A stretch of DNA of 64,000 nt, taken from positions 250,248-314,247 of the forward strand of contig CAVVKN010000023.1 in assembly GCA_963748825.1 (NCBI GenBank), in the 5' to 3' direction. A program made the position numbers and the translations under genes. This document shows positions 31,437 through 40,387 of the stretch, in pieces. The notes beneath the pieces were generated by a model that was not told where the DNA came from, searched no databases, and saw nothing but the letters and a program-made list of their open reading frames with translations. How positions within the stretch are numbered: the first letter of the stretch is position 1; each line of letters begins with the position of its first letter. This DNA comes from Methanotrichaceae archaeon (GTDB lineage: Archaea > Halobacteriota > Methanosarcinia > Methanotrichales > Methanotrichaceae).

Positions 31437-33143
31437 CTATTCGATGGACATCAGCACGTCGCCCGGTGTTACGGTAGTGCCTTCTTTGATGTAGATCTCT
31501 TTTACAGTTCCATTCTTGTTGGCCAGGATGTTCTGCTCCATCTTCATGGCCTCTAAGACGGCCACTGCATCTCCCTCGGCCACCTTATCGCCCTTCTTGA
31601 CCTTGTAGCGGATGATAACGCCCTGCATGGGCACGGTTAATCCATCCTTGGGTGCTTTGGGCACAGCCTCCTGGATGGTCATGCCAGCCGGGGCAACCTT
31701 GACCAGATAGGACTCCCCATCGATCTCAACATTAAGGGCAATGGGCTCTGCCTTCAGAGGAGCAGACGCCGCTGCTGCGGGCTGCTTTTTGACCAGTTGC
31801 TCTTCCACAGCCGCACCCTGCAGGAACTTAAGGGCCACCTGAGGATAGAGAGCATAAGTGAGATAATCCTCTTCCTGTTTGGCCAATTTGAGAGCATCGA
31901 CTGCTTTCTTGGCGTTTTCGTATTCAGGCGGCAGCAGATCTGCGGGGCGCACGGTAATGGGCTCCTCATCGCAAAGGACCTTCAGCCTGACCTTGGGGTC
32001 GATCATAGCAGGCGACTTTCCGTAAAGGCCCTTGACATAGTCCTTGACCTCTTTGGGGACCATCTTGTATCGATCGCCTGTGATGACATTAAGAACTGCC
32101 TGCGTGCCCACTATCTGGCTGGTGGGCGTGACCAGGGGAGGATATCCCAGGTCCTTTCGAACCTTCGGTATCTCGGCCAGCACCTCATCATACTTGTCCA
32201 ATGCCTTTTGCTCAATGAGCTGGGAGACCAGATTGGAGAGCATGCCGCCCGGGACCTGATAGATCAGGACATTGGTATCCACGCGCGCAGAGATGGCATT
32301 GAAGACCGGCGCATAGATCTCCATGATCTTCTCGAAGTACCTCTTAATCTCGGTAAGAAGCTCCAGATCCAGACCTGTGTCGTAGGACGTTCCCTGCAGC
32401 GATGCCACCAGGCTCTCTGTGGCAGGCTGAGAGCTGCCGCCGGAGAGGGGCGACATAGCCGTATCCAGGATGTCGACTCCTGCCTGGCAGGCATGGAAGT
32501 AGCTCATCTGGGCCATGCCGCTGGTGCAGTGCGTATGGAGATTCACCGGTAGGTTGACCTCCTTTTTCACAGCCCGGATAAGGTCGTAGGCATTTTGAGG
32601 GGTTATCAGTCCGGCCATATCCTTGATGCAGATAGAGTCGCATCCGAGTTCTGAGAGCTGCACGGCAAACTGCGCAAACAGCTCATTACTATGCACAGGG
32701 CTGATGGTGTAGCTAATGCCTCCCTGAACGTGCTTTTCCATCTTTTTCGCGGCTTTGATCGATCGTTCCATGTTGCGAATGTCGTTCACGGCATCGAAGA
32801 TCCTGAAGATATCAACACCATTAGTGGCCGCCTTTTGCACAAACTTGTCCACTACATCATCGGCATAATGCCTGTATCCGACCAGGTTCTGCCCGCGAAG
32901 CAGCATCTGCATCGGTGTATTAGGCATGGCCTTCTTTAATGCCCTCAGCCTTTCCCAGGGATCTTCGTTCAGGTACCGAATGCAGGTATCGAACGTCGCT
33001 CCGCCCCATGTTTCCAACGAGAAGAAACCAACCTGGTCCATCTTCTCCGCTATGGGTAGCATGTCCCTGGTCCTCATCCTGGTGGCCAGAAGAGACTGGT
33101 GAGCATCCCTAAAAACCGTGTCTGTAAGCTTAACCCTGCCCAT
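31437..33143 (-). CDS. pycB: Pyruvate carboxylase subunit B
   Basis: RDAHQS, WGGATFD, IKDMAG, HTH, PGGM, VTPTSQ and the biotinyl EAMKM motif. Confidence 0.93.
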   Translation of the reverse strand: MGRVKLTDTVFRDAHQSLLATRMRTRDMLPIAEKMDQVGFFSLETWGGATFDTCIRYLNEDPWERLRALKKAMPNTPMQMLLRGQNLVGYRHYADDVVDKFVQKAATNGVDIFRIFDAVNDIRNMERSIKAAKKMEKHVQGGISYTISPVHSNELFAQFAVQLSELGCDSICIKDMAGLITPQNAYDLIRAVKKEVNLPVNLHTHCTSGMAQMSYFHACQAGVDILDTAMSPLSGGSSQPATESLVASLQGTSYDTGLDLELLTEIKRYFEKIMEIYAPVFNAISARVDTNVLIYQVPGGMLSNLVSQLIEQKALDKYDEVLAEIPKVRKDLGYPPLVTPTSQIVGTQAVLNVITGDRYKMVPKEVKDYVKGLYGKSPAMIDPKVRLKVLCDEEPITVRPADLLPPEYENAKKAVDALKLAKQEEDYLTYALYPQVALKFLQGAAVEEQLVKKQPAAAASAPLKAEPIALNVEIDGESYLVKVAPAGMTIQEAVPKAPKDGLTVPMQGVIIRYKVKKGDKVAEGDAVAVLEAMKMEQNILANKNGTVKEIYIKEGTTVTPGDVLMSIE

Positions 33144-33662
33144 GAAGATCTTCTCCTATACGGTCCCTCTTCTTTAAAACCCCTTCGCCTTTTGCTTTTT
33201 GATTCTCCAGCACAACCACGGATAAGCTATATAAAGCTAATGGCAAGCAGAGAATGACAAGGGCTTTCTTATCTTATGCTACACGGCTGCTCTTTGCTCC
33301 TTTTCCAAAACGCTGCCAAGCTGTATCTAAATTGAAATCGCGAAGCTTGGTTCCACTGAAGTTACCAAATATCAAATTCTAAAAAAATAGTGGCATTTCG
33401 GTTACGGTAGGGTCATTTAGCACAATCCCTCTAGAAATTATGCAATTTTTTCTGAATTGAAGGGCTAAATTTTTAAGAATATAGCAGATATGGTCACATC
33501 TGTAAACCACATAACGGATGATACCTTTCCAGATAGTTTATGTGTGATAACTGTTAGCATTTCGCATTGAGTAATGCATTTATCAGGTCGATTCTCAGAT
33601 ATCTTGCCATAAGAACTGATAAACTAATTTTTAGCGGACATTTGGCATTGCCGAACTCGATT

Positions 33663-33697
33663 TGTACGGATGTGTACAGTGCAAGTGTCTATTAATA
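33663..33697 (+). promoter_or_regulatory. Palindromic operator TGTAC-N6-GTACA plus TATA-like box upstream of DUF1699 copy 1
   Basis: tgtacggatgtgtaca-N8-gtctattaata, conserved with identical spacing before the paralogue. Confidence 0.7.
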
Positions 33698-33732
33698 ATA
33701 TCAATGCGTATTAATGACTGGAGTGATAAAGA

Positions 33733-34140
33733 ATGAGGCTTAGAGTTGTCAGCGCAAGAAATGAGATCCCCAATCTAAATCCCAATGAGAAGATGGTTCA
33801 CCTGGCTTTTCGTGCCAGCAATGTAGATTTTCTCAATCTGATGCAAAAATGCCCCCGCCTGAGGATGATCCAGGTTCCACCTTCCTATCGCAAGACGATG
33901 TCCAATGCCATCCAGGTGTTCCTGGACATGCAGGGCATTGAGCTCTTGGAAGGAGATGTGTGGGGCCACAGAAAGGACCTGAACGAGTACTTCACCGTGG
34001 AAGGTACCACCATGGAAGAGATACGCGCCCTGGTTGCCGGAGGCACCAACATGGACGACCTGACAAGCCAGGTGCAAAAGAAGGCCAGAATCGGTCCGGA
34101 GCTCATCAAGTTCATCGCCAGAACCAAGATCACAGCTTGA
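33733..34140 (+). CDS. DUF1699 family protein, copy 1
   Basis: MRLRVVS...HLAFR...LLEGDVWGHRKD. Confidence 0.9.
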   Translation: MRLRVVSARNEIPNLNPNEKMVHLAFRASNVDFLNLMQKCPRLRMIQVPPSYRKTMSNAIQVFLDMQGIELLEGDVWGHRKDLNEYFTVEGTTMEEIRALVAGGTNMDDLTSQVQKKARIGPELIKFIARTKITA

Positions 34141-34152
34141 GACTTGAAATAT

Positions 34153-34176
34153 GAGCCAGAACCCCCGATCTGGCTC
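34153..34176 (+). terminator. Hairpin downstream of DUF1699 copy 1
   Basis: gagccag-N10-ctggctc followed by pyrimidine tracts; related hairpin gagccgg/ctggctc after copy 2. Confidence 0.5.
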
Positions 34177-34579
34177 TTCCACCGATTATTTCCTCGACTC
34201 ACCCCTCTATTTTTTCTCTAATATCTTCTCTAATCCACTATATCACTACCAACTGTGGTCCAACGGAAGTCTGCATGAGTTGAGGCTGGCACTCACAATG
34301 TTGAATTCAAAAATATTTGCCCTTTTTCGTAGCTGTGTTCTTCTCATTATTGTCAATAGTAGGCCTGAAAGATCGAAAGCTTCAGGTAAAAAATGCATTT
34401 GCCGCATTATAAGAATTAAGGGCAAACCGCAAGGCTTTGCTCTTGCCATGTTTTCTGCAGACTGCCGAGTATATTTGTCATGTTATATTTCATATTAGTC
34501 TCAGTTTTGTCAAATTTAGTACTTCAAAAGCCGTCGAGATTTGTTTTGTTAACATGTATATGGACGGAGGATACCGTTC

Positions 34580-34614
34580 TGTACAGATGTGTACATCTAA
34601 AGCGTCTATTAATA
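34580..34614 (+). promoter_or_regulatory. Palindromic operator TGTAC-N6-GTACA plus TATA-like box upstream of DUF1699 copy 2
   Basis: tgtacagatgtgtaca-N8-gtctattaata. Confidence 0.7.
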
Positions 34615-34647
34615 CAAGGAAACATTATTTAGCAAACTGGAGAATCT

Positions 34648-35055
34648 ATGAGACTTAGAGTTGTCAGCGCAAGAAATGAGATTCCAAATCTCAACCCTAA
34701 TGAAAAGACGGTCCATCTGGCTTTCCGCGCCAGCAATGTAGACTTCCTCAATCTGATGCAGAGATGCCCCAGGCTGAGGATGATTCAGGTACCTCCTTCC
34801 TACCGCAAGACCATGTCCAATGCCATCCAGGTGTTCCTGGACATGCAGGGCATTGAACTTCTGGAAGGAGATGTTTGGGGCCACAGAAAGGATTTGGATG
34901 AGTACTTCACCGTGGACGACACCACCATGGAAGATATCCGCTCCTTGGCTGCCAGCGGTGCCAGCATGGACGAGGTAGCTAATCAGATTCAGAAGAAGGC
35001 CAGAATCGGGCCAGAGCTGATCAAGTACATCGTCAAGAGCAAGATCACAGCTTGA
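34648..35055 (+). CDS. DUF1699 family protein, copy 2
   Basis: Close paralogue of 33733-34140 with the same length. Confidence 0.9.
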   Translation: MRLRVVSARNEIPNLNPNEKTVHLAFRASNVDFLNLMQRCPRLRMIQVPPSYRKTMSNAIQVFLDMQGIELLEGDVWGHRKDLDEYFTVDDTTMEDIRSLAASGASMDEVANQIQKKARIGPELIKYIVKSKITA

Positions 35056-35243
35056 GATTTTGAAATACGAGCCGGACTACTGATCTGGCTCCCCCCATCT
35101 ATTTCGATTCTTTGTAGTTCTTTAGCAATCTCTTCTGCACCGTCCTTTCTTCAATTATCGTTTTTTCCCTTTGGAAAAGTAAAAGAACCAGGCGGATGAT
35201 GAATTGGCGGAGTAGTCACCAGGGCAATGATGTTAGGGATACT

Positions 35244-35696
35244 ATGATCAAAAAAATTATGATAGCAACGGATGGATCGGATACGAGCAAGAAGGCAGCA
35301 ATGATTGGCATAGACATCGCGCACCGCGCAAACGGCAGCATCACTGCGGTCTACGTCATGGAGATCTTGCGCCTGGCCCACCTGCCAGGATATGCGACCT
35401 TGCCGGGACTAAAAGAGAAGGTTTTAGAGCTCATGCAAGAAGAGGGGCAACAAGCAACGCAGTTCGTTGAAGATCAAGCACAGATGATGAACGTTTCCTG
35501 CCAAAAGATCGTGGCCCAGGGCAGCCCAAGTGAGGAGCTTCTCAAGGCTTCTCAAAAGCTGGGAATGGACCTCATCATCATGGGCAGCCTGGGCCGGACG
35601 GGCATAGAAAAATTTCTCCTGGGGAGCGTTGCCGAGAAAGTAGTTTTGCAGTCCACAATTCCTGTGCTCTTGATTAAAGGGGATGAGATAGGATAG
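35244..35696 (+). CDS. Universal stress protein
   Basis: KIMIATDGS, G-x-P, DLIIMGSLGRTG, LLGSVAEKV. Confidence 0.93.
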   Translation: MIKKIMIATDGSDTSKKAAMIGIDIAHRANGSITAVYVMEILRLAHLPGYATLPGLKEKVLELMQEEGQQATQFVEDQAQMMNVSCQKIVAQGSPSEELLKASQKLGMDLIIMGSLGRTGIEKFLLGSVAEKVVLQSTIPVLLIKGDEIG

Positions 35697-35810
35697 GTTC
35701 ATCTCCTACTTCAGAAGGCAAATTGGATGCTCAATTCCTAAAAAATATTTGCGGCAGCGGCAAATCGCCCTTGCCGTCTGCCTTTACCATACAGCCAAAG
35801 GGAGATCGAT

Positions 35811-36209
35811 TTACATGCTCACGCCTGACGAGCCAAAATCGATGAAAATCCCCACCATTTTGTTTGCTTTGAAGTATCCGTAGACAGGATAACTGCCCGG
35901 ACCCGGGGTGAAATGCAGGCTACTGCCACTGTCGCTTGCGACAATTAAACCAGAGGTCACATTCAGATATCCGACGATTCGGTAGTCTGAACCAAGGCTA
36001 GGCGCACTTTGCATCTGATTGTCGCCCATTCCCATGCTCGATGCGAAGGGATCGCCGCCCACCCACGGATTTCCGATACCTTTGTTAAAGAGATTCTCTG
36101 CAACCGTTTCTACGGGACGCATCTCAACCTCGCCCACGCCAAGAGCAAGCATAGGCAGCAATAAAGCAGCTACCAGCGAGACCAATATCGCCTTTGCAAA
36201 CATCTGCAT
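35811..36209 (-). CDS. Secreted hypothetical protein
   Basis: Hydrophobic signal peptide; GSYPVYGY motif. Confidence 0.7.
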   Translation of the reverse strand: MQMFAKAILVSLVAALLLPMLALGVGEVEMRPVETVAENLFNKGIGNPWVGGDPFASSMGMGDNQMQSAPSLGSDYRIVGYLNVTSGLIVASDSGSSLHFTPGPGSYPVYGYFKANKMVGIFIDFGSSGVSM

Positions 36210-36467
36210 ATGATTTCACCTTCCTGAATATCTTTCTAATAGGATTACTTCATTAGATTATGTATCCTAGATTATGCATTCTATATTATATTGCTTTCCC
36301 TGCAACTTTGCTACAAGATTTGAATTTACATCGAAAAATGTACTTTGAGAATGAGAAAAGAGCGAGGCGGATCTTGCCAAAAACTGCCTGGCTTTCTGGG
36401 AAAGATTTATATTGCCTTTGCGGTATTGTCAACCGAAATTCGATATTTGGTTTACAATTCGGGAGAT

Positions 36468-37829
36468 ATGTTTACGAATCAATCCGCCATCGTAATAGTG
36501 GTTTACCTGCTGGCCACGCTGACGATTGGAGCCTGGGGGCTACGCTTGAGAGGTTTGGAGGATTTTCATCTGGCGGGCAGATGCTTGAGAAAGATCCTGC
36601 TCATAGGCACCTTCTGTGCCACGATTGTAGGGGCCTCTTCCACCATCGGCATGGCCGGCCTGGGATTTCGGAGCGGTCTGCCGGGTGCCTGGTGGATGCT
36701 CTCCGGCACCATAGGAATGCTAATCCTGTCTCTTTTTTTTGCGGAGAAGATCCGATCCAAGGGATATTATACTCTGCCGGAACTGGTTGGCTCTTTTTAT
36801 GGCGAGAGGGTGAGAACTGCCGCCTCGCTTCTCATCGCCGTCTCCTGGGTTGGAGTGATTGCTGTGCAGATAGCAGCCGCTGGCAAGGTCCTCGGCGCCA
36901 TATTTGGAGGAGACGGCACCATATTTATGATTGCCTGCACTCTGGTATTCGTTCTCTACACAGTGCACGGAGGGCAAAGCTCAGTAGTGAGAACCGATCT
37001 GGTGCAGTTTCTAATAATAATAACGGGAATGGTTGTCCTATTTTTTGCGGCGCTCAGTTCCGCTGGCAGCGGCCCTATTTTAAGCCAGAGCTTTCCCACA
37101 TCGGCTCAAATGGGCGGATGGAAAGTATTATCCATGATAATAGTAGTGGGCTCTGCCTATCTGGTCGGCCCGGATATGTACTCGCGCCTGCTTTCCGCCT
37201 CCAGCCCCAGAGACGCAAAGATTTCGGCATTGATCGCGGCCATCATCCTCTTACCGCTGGCATTTATCATCACATCTCTCGGCGTGTTCTGCCGGTCTCT
37301 TTATCCTGCCTCCCCCTCGGAGGGGGCCATCTTATCGCTCATGACTGGACTTCTCTCGCCTGGAATGGTGGGACTGGTAGCTGCGGCTCTTCTGGCGGCC
37401 TTTATGTCCTCGGCGGACACGAGCCTCATGACCGTGACATCCATCCTCACCTTCGATATCTACAAAAAGGCAAGACCCCAGGTAAGCCCAGCCCATCTGA
37501 TGAAGATCTCCCGGATCATGGTCGTGCTCATTGGATCCTGTGCCCTCCTCCTGGCAATCTCGTTGCCCGGCATTATCAAGACCTTGCTCATCGCCTATAC
37601 TGTATTTACCAGCGGCCTGCTCCTGCCAACAGTTGCCGGATTTTATAAAGAAAGGCTGGGCCTGACCTCGGGCGGAGCGCTCTGTGCGCTCGTGGGAGGA
37701 GGAACAACTGCCCTATTCCTGGGTCAAAGCTATCCACTGCTGGGCATGGCCGTCTCTTTGATCCTGCTATTGGCCGTAAGCCATCTGGAAAGGCGGCATG
37801 CGAAAGGAAATGCGGGCCGTGCATTGTAG
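36468..37829 (+). CDS. Sodium:solute symporter family protein
   Basis: DF-x-LAGR, YT-x-x-GG...TDLVQ, AAFMSSAD; many transmembrane segments. Confidence 0.92.
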   Translation: MFTNQSAIVIVVYLLATLTIGAWGLRLRGLEDFHLAGRCLRKILLIGTFCATIVGASSTIGMAGLGFRSGLPGAWWMLSGTIGMLILSLFFAEKIRSKGYYTLPELVGSFYGERVRTAASLLIAVSWVGVIAVQIAAAGKVLGAIFGGDGTIFMIACTLVFVLYTVHGGQSSVVRTDLVQFLIIITGMVVLFFAALSSAGSGPILSQSFPTSAQMGGWKVLSMIIVVGSAYLVGPDMYSRLLSASSPRDAKISALIAAIILLPLAFIITSLGVFCRSLYPASPSEGAILSLMTGLLSPGMVGLVAAALLAAFMSSADTSLMTVTSILTFDIYKKARPQVSPAHLMKISRIMVVLIGSCALLLAISLPGIIKTLLIAYTVFTSGLLLPTVAGFYKERLGLTSGGALCALVGGGTTALFLGQSYPLLGMAVSLILLLAVSHLERRHAKGNAGRAL

Positions 37830-37850
37830 TTGGCGAAACGACGGCGGCAC

Positions 37851-38125
37851 ACCCGCGCAGCAAGCTGCGGAGTATTCATTTAAAAATCAAACTGCGTGCG
37901 GCCACCCCACCCTAAAGGGATGGGGTATGCTTCGGGCCGCACGCACGCCCGGTTAGCTGGAGATCAGAAATCATCGAGTCTTCTTTGTCTGGTCTCCCTG
38001 ATCTGTGCAATTGACACTCTGCTTTCGAATTCCAGCTTATCTGTTTAAGTGAGCACAAATAACGTGCGAGGGTTCACTTCATCCCCAACCTGAAGGTCGG
38101 GGTATTCGTGACCCTCCGCGCTCCC
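37851..38125. mobile_element. Cluster of IS200/IS605-type end hairpins (non-autonomous remnant)
   Basis: Three related hairpins: cgcagcaagctgcggagtattc, ccccaccctaaagggatggggtatgc and ccccaacctgaaggtcggggtattc. Confidence 0.6.
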
Positions 38126-38131
38126 GATGTA

Positions 38132-38257
38132 ATCAAACCGCATATGGGTTTGGATGGAAAGACGCCTGCTGAGGCTTGTGGAATTCGGGCCAACGGAGAT
38201 AACAAGTGGATTACCTTGATTCAAAATGCAAGCGAAAAAGCGAAGGCTAAAATATAA
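38132..38257 (+). pseudogene. C-terminal remnant of an archaeal DDE transposase (IS6-like)
   Basis: IKPHMGLDGKTPAEACGIRANGDNKWITLIQNA* tail. Confidence 0.75.
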
Positions 38258-38638
38258 TCATGTTAATATATTTATTATTTCTTGTGCATCCTCTAATGCA
38301 TCTGTTGCTAAATCATTAAGGTTTTGCATAATTTCATCATCATAATCACAGAAGTTGCGCCACTGCCTTAAATCGTCAAGGTTCTCTGCAATATCACCAA
38401 AGTCCTGGTTTGTTGTTCCAAGCACTTTATAAAAGGCAATAAGCTCAGCGTGTTCTTTTGAACTCTTGCGCTTGGTGCGTCCATATTGATCTTGAGCATA
38501 ATTCCGAGCAAAACAAAACGCAGCATAATAGGCCCTACTAACAGCCGCGCGTTTGGCAGATTCTTCGGAATAACCCACTTCGATTTTGCCTCGGAGATAT
38601 TGGGCTAGGTCAAGATACTCTTTCCAATTAAAAGCCAT
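38258..38638 (-). CDS. HEPN domain protein
   Basis: F-x-W-x-x-YL-x-LA, RAAVSRAYYAAF, H, LR-x-x-RN-x-x-DYD. Confidence 0.9.
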   Translation of the reverse strand: MAFNWKEYLDLAQYLRGKIEVGYSEESAKRAAVSRAYYAAFCFARNYAQDQYGRTKRKSSKEHAELIAFYKVLGTTNQDFGDIAENLDDLRQWRNFCDYDDEIMQNLNDLATDALEDAQEIINILT

Positions 38639-38643
38639 AATAA

Positions 38644-39252
38644 CTACCCAGGAGAACGGAAGTCAGTTGTCAGTAAGAATCTACCTTTGGTCTCCTTTGC
38701 TAAACCTCTATATGTTCTCCTTATCTGCTTGATTTTCGTCATTATTTCAGGATCATATTTGCTTTGTCTTACATATAAAGTAAGATATTCGTCGTTTGTT
38801 TCAACATCATTATAGACCTCTAGAGATAATTGCACGTGAGGTCCAAATATCTGGCGCGACGCTCCCGAAGTGCTGTTTAATAGATCAGACAACTCTGGAT
38901 AATGGCCCAAATAGGCACGCACTGTTTCAATTTGCGGGATATCGATATCTCTCCGGTGGATGAGTTCAATCGGATCACGCAGACCAAATGGCATGGCACC
39001 CTCACCATAGTACATATATACATTACCTACATTTATAGACTGCGGCGAACTGAACGACGACGTATGCTTTTTTTGCCATCTCGTAGATCTATTATCCAAC
39101 CTTAAACCGACCTTTGCGGTGGGCAGCGTATGGGAAGAAGAACGAGAACGCGCTTGCCATTGCGAAACATGCGGGTCTTTTCTAATCTCGATTGTAGATG
39201 GCCCGGCGGCAGGAGAATATGCGGATTTGGAGCAACAATTTATATGAATCAT
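38644..39252 (-). CDS. Hypothetical protein, probable HEPN partner (start uncertain)
   Basis: Ends 5 bp upstream of the HEPN gene; C-terminal domain VRAYL...LSLEVYND...L-x-LYVR. Confidence 0.65.
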   Translation of the reverse strand: MIHINCCSKSAYSPAAGPSTIEIRKDPHVSQWQARSRSSSHTLPTAKVGLRLDNRSTRWQKKHTSSFSSPQSINVGNVYMYYGEGAMPFGLRDPIELIHRRDIDIPQIETVRAYLGHYPELSDLLNSTSGASRQIFGPHVQLSLEVYNDVETNDEYLTLYVRQSKYDPEIMTKIKQIRRTYRGLAKETKGRFLLTTDFRSPG

Positions 39253-39256
39253 AATA

Positions 39257-39742
39257 TCACTCCTTCTTGAGGTCTCCTAATTTCTCTATGAGTTCATTTG
39301 ATGTAAATATTAAATCACGACATATTTGATTCATGGCCGCGTTTAATCGTCCCTCTGTCAACTCGTCATATGTTATCTCTTTTACAAAAAAAATAGATTC
39401 GGGATTTTGTGGCGTGGGCTCAAATGCAAAGTTAGGGGGCAGGAATATAAGATATTTCGCAATATCATCGAAGATTTTTTCGCGCTTCTTCTCATCAAAG
39501 GCACGGAGCTTTTCTAAGTGCTCAGGAGCTATAGCTATTCGTGATAATACACCTATAACCCTTACTATCTCCTTTGGCTGTTGAATCGAGAATTCAAATT
39601 CTCCGGCTAAGTTGCCATCATACTGAAAATGAAATGCATCACTGCTATTATCGCTCTTGAAGACCTTACTATCTTTCATCCATTTTCTAATTAACTCGCT
39701 TGCTTCTTTGGGGGTTTCGACAGGCATGAAGCGTATCTCCAT
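39257..39742 (-). CDS. DUF2299-like hypothetical protein
   Basis: I-x-x-W...FH...I-x-I-x-PEH...I-x-YD-x-LT pattern. Confidence 0.6.
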   Translation of the reverse strand: MEIRFMPVETPKEASELIRKWMKDSKVFKSDNSSDAFHFQYDGNLAGEFEFSIQQPKEIVRVIGVLSRIAIAPEHLEKLRAFDEKKREKIFDDIAKYLIFLPPNFAFEPTPQNPESIFFVKEITYDELTEGRLNAAMNQICRDLIFTSNELIEKLGDLKKE

Positions 39743-39871
39743 CTATAGTGGAACTTCTGGATGCATACAGGAGATATAAAGTTTTCTAAAGGTCTTCAGC
39801 TACCGCGTTTTGACAGGCGTTTCTAGGCTGAAGAACTACCGACAACTTGACAGAACCTGTCCGAATAATTC

Positions 39872-40348
39872 TCACTGCAGATAGTTTTCGATGCTGATCA
39901 GCTTCTCAACATCGCTCTTGTTGATGCTTGACTCCAAGACTACCTTCTCCTGCACCTCGATGGGTGAGCGGCTCCTCAGAGCCAGGGCCAGGCAGTCGCT
40001 GGGCCGGGCATCTATCTCGCTCTGTTTGCCGTCACTCTTGATGGTGAGGCGAGCGTAGTAGATGCCGCCGTCCAGATCATCGATGAGCACATTGGTGATG
40101 CTGGCGGAAAGGCACTCCAGGACGGAGATGAAGAGATCATGGGTCATGGGCCGGGGCGACAGCTCCCCGGAAAGGGCATGATGAATGGAGACGGCCTCGG
40201 ACAGCCCCACAAAGATGGGCACGATCCTCGATGCCTCATCCTCCAGAAGGACTACAGGCACAGGCGCGCTTCCTTCCGATTCGGCGATGTAGACCCCTTT
40301 GACCCTGACGGGAACTGGTGCCACCATGATATCATCTTCTGTGCTCAT
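39872..40348 (-). CDS. Bifunctional nuclease family (DUF151) protein
   Basis: PIFVG-x-x-EA, RPMTHDL, IDARPSD. Confidence 0.93.
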   Translation of the reverse strand: MSTEDDIMVAPVPVRVKGVYIAESEGSAPVPVVLLEDEASRIVPIFVGLSEAVSIHHALSGELSPRPMTHDLFISVLECLSASITNVLIDDLDGGIYYARLTIKSDGKQSEIDARPSDCLALALRSRSPIEVQEKVVLESSINKSDVEKLISIENYLQ

Positions 40349-40387
40349 CTCATAAAACTCCGGCGATCTAAATCTTTCTCATGCCAT

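Noticed and set aside
36260-37648. 462-aa ORF overlapping the symporter on the same strand
   Set aside because: It is an alternative frame with Arg/Ser/His-rich, non-protein-like composition; the symporter frame carries the motifs.
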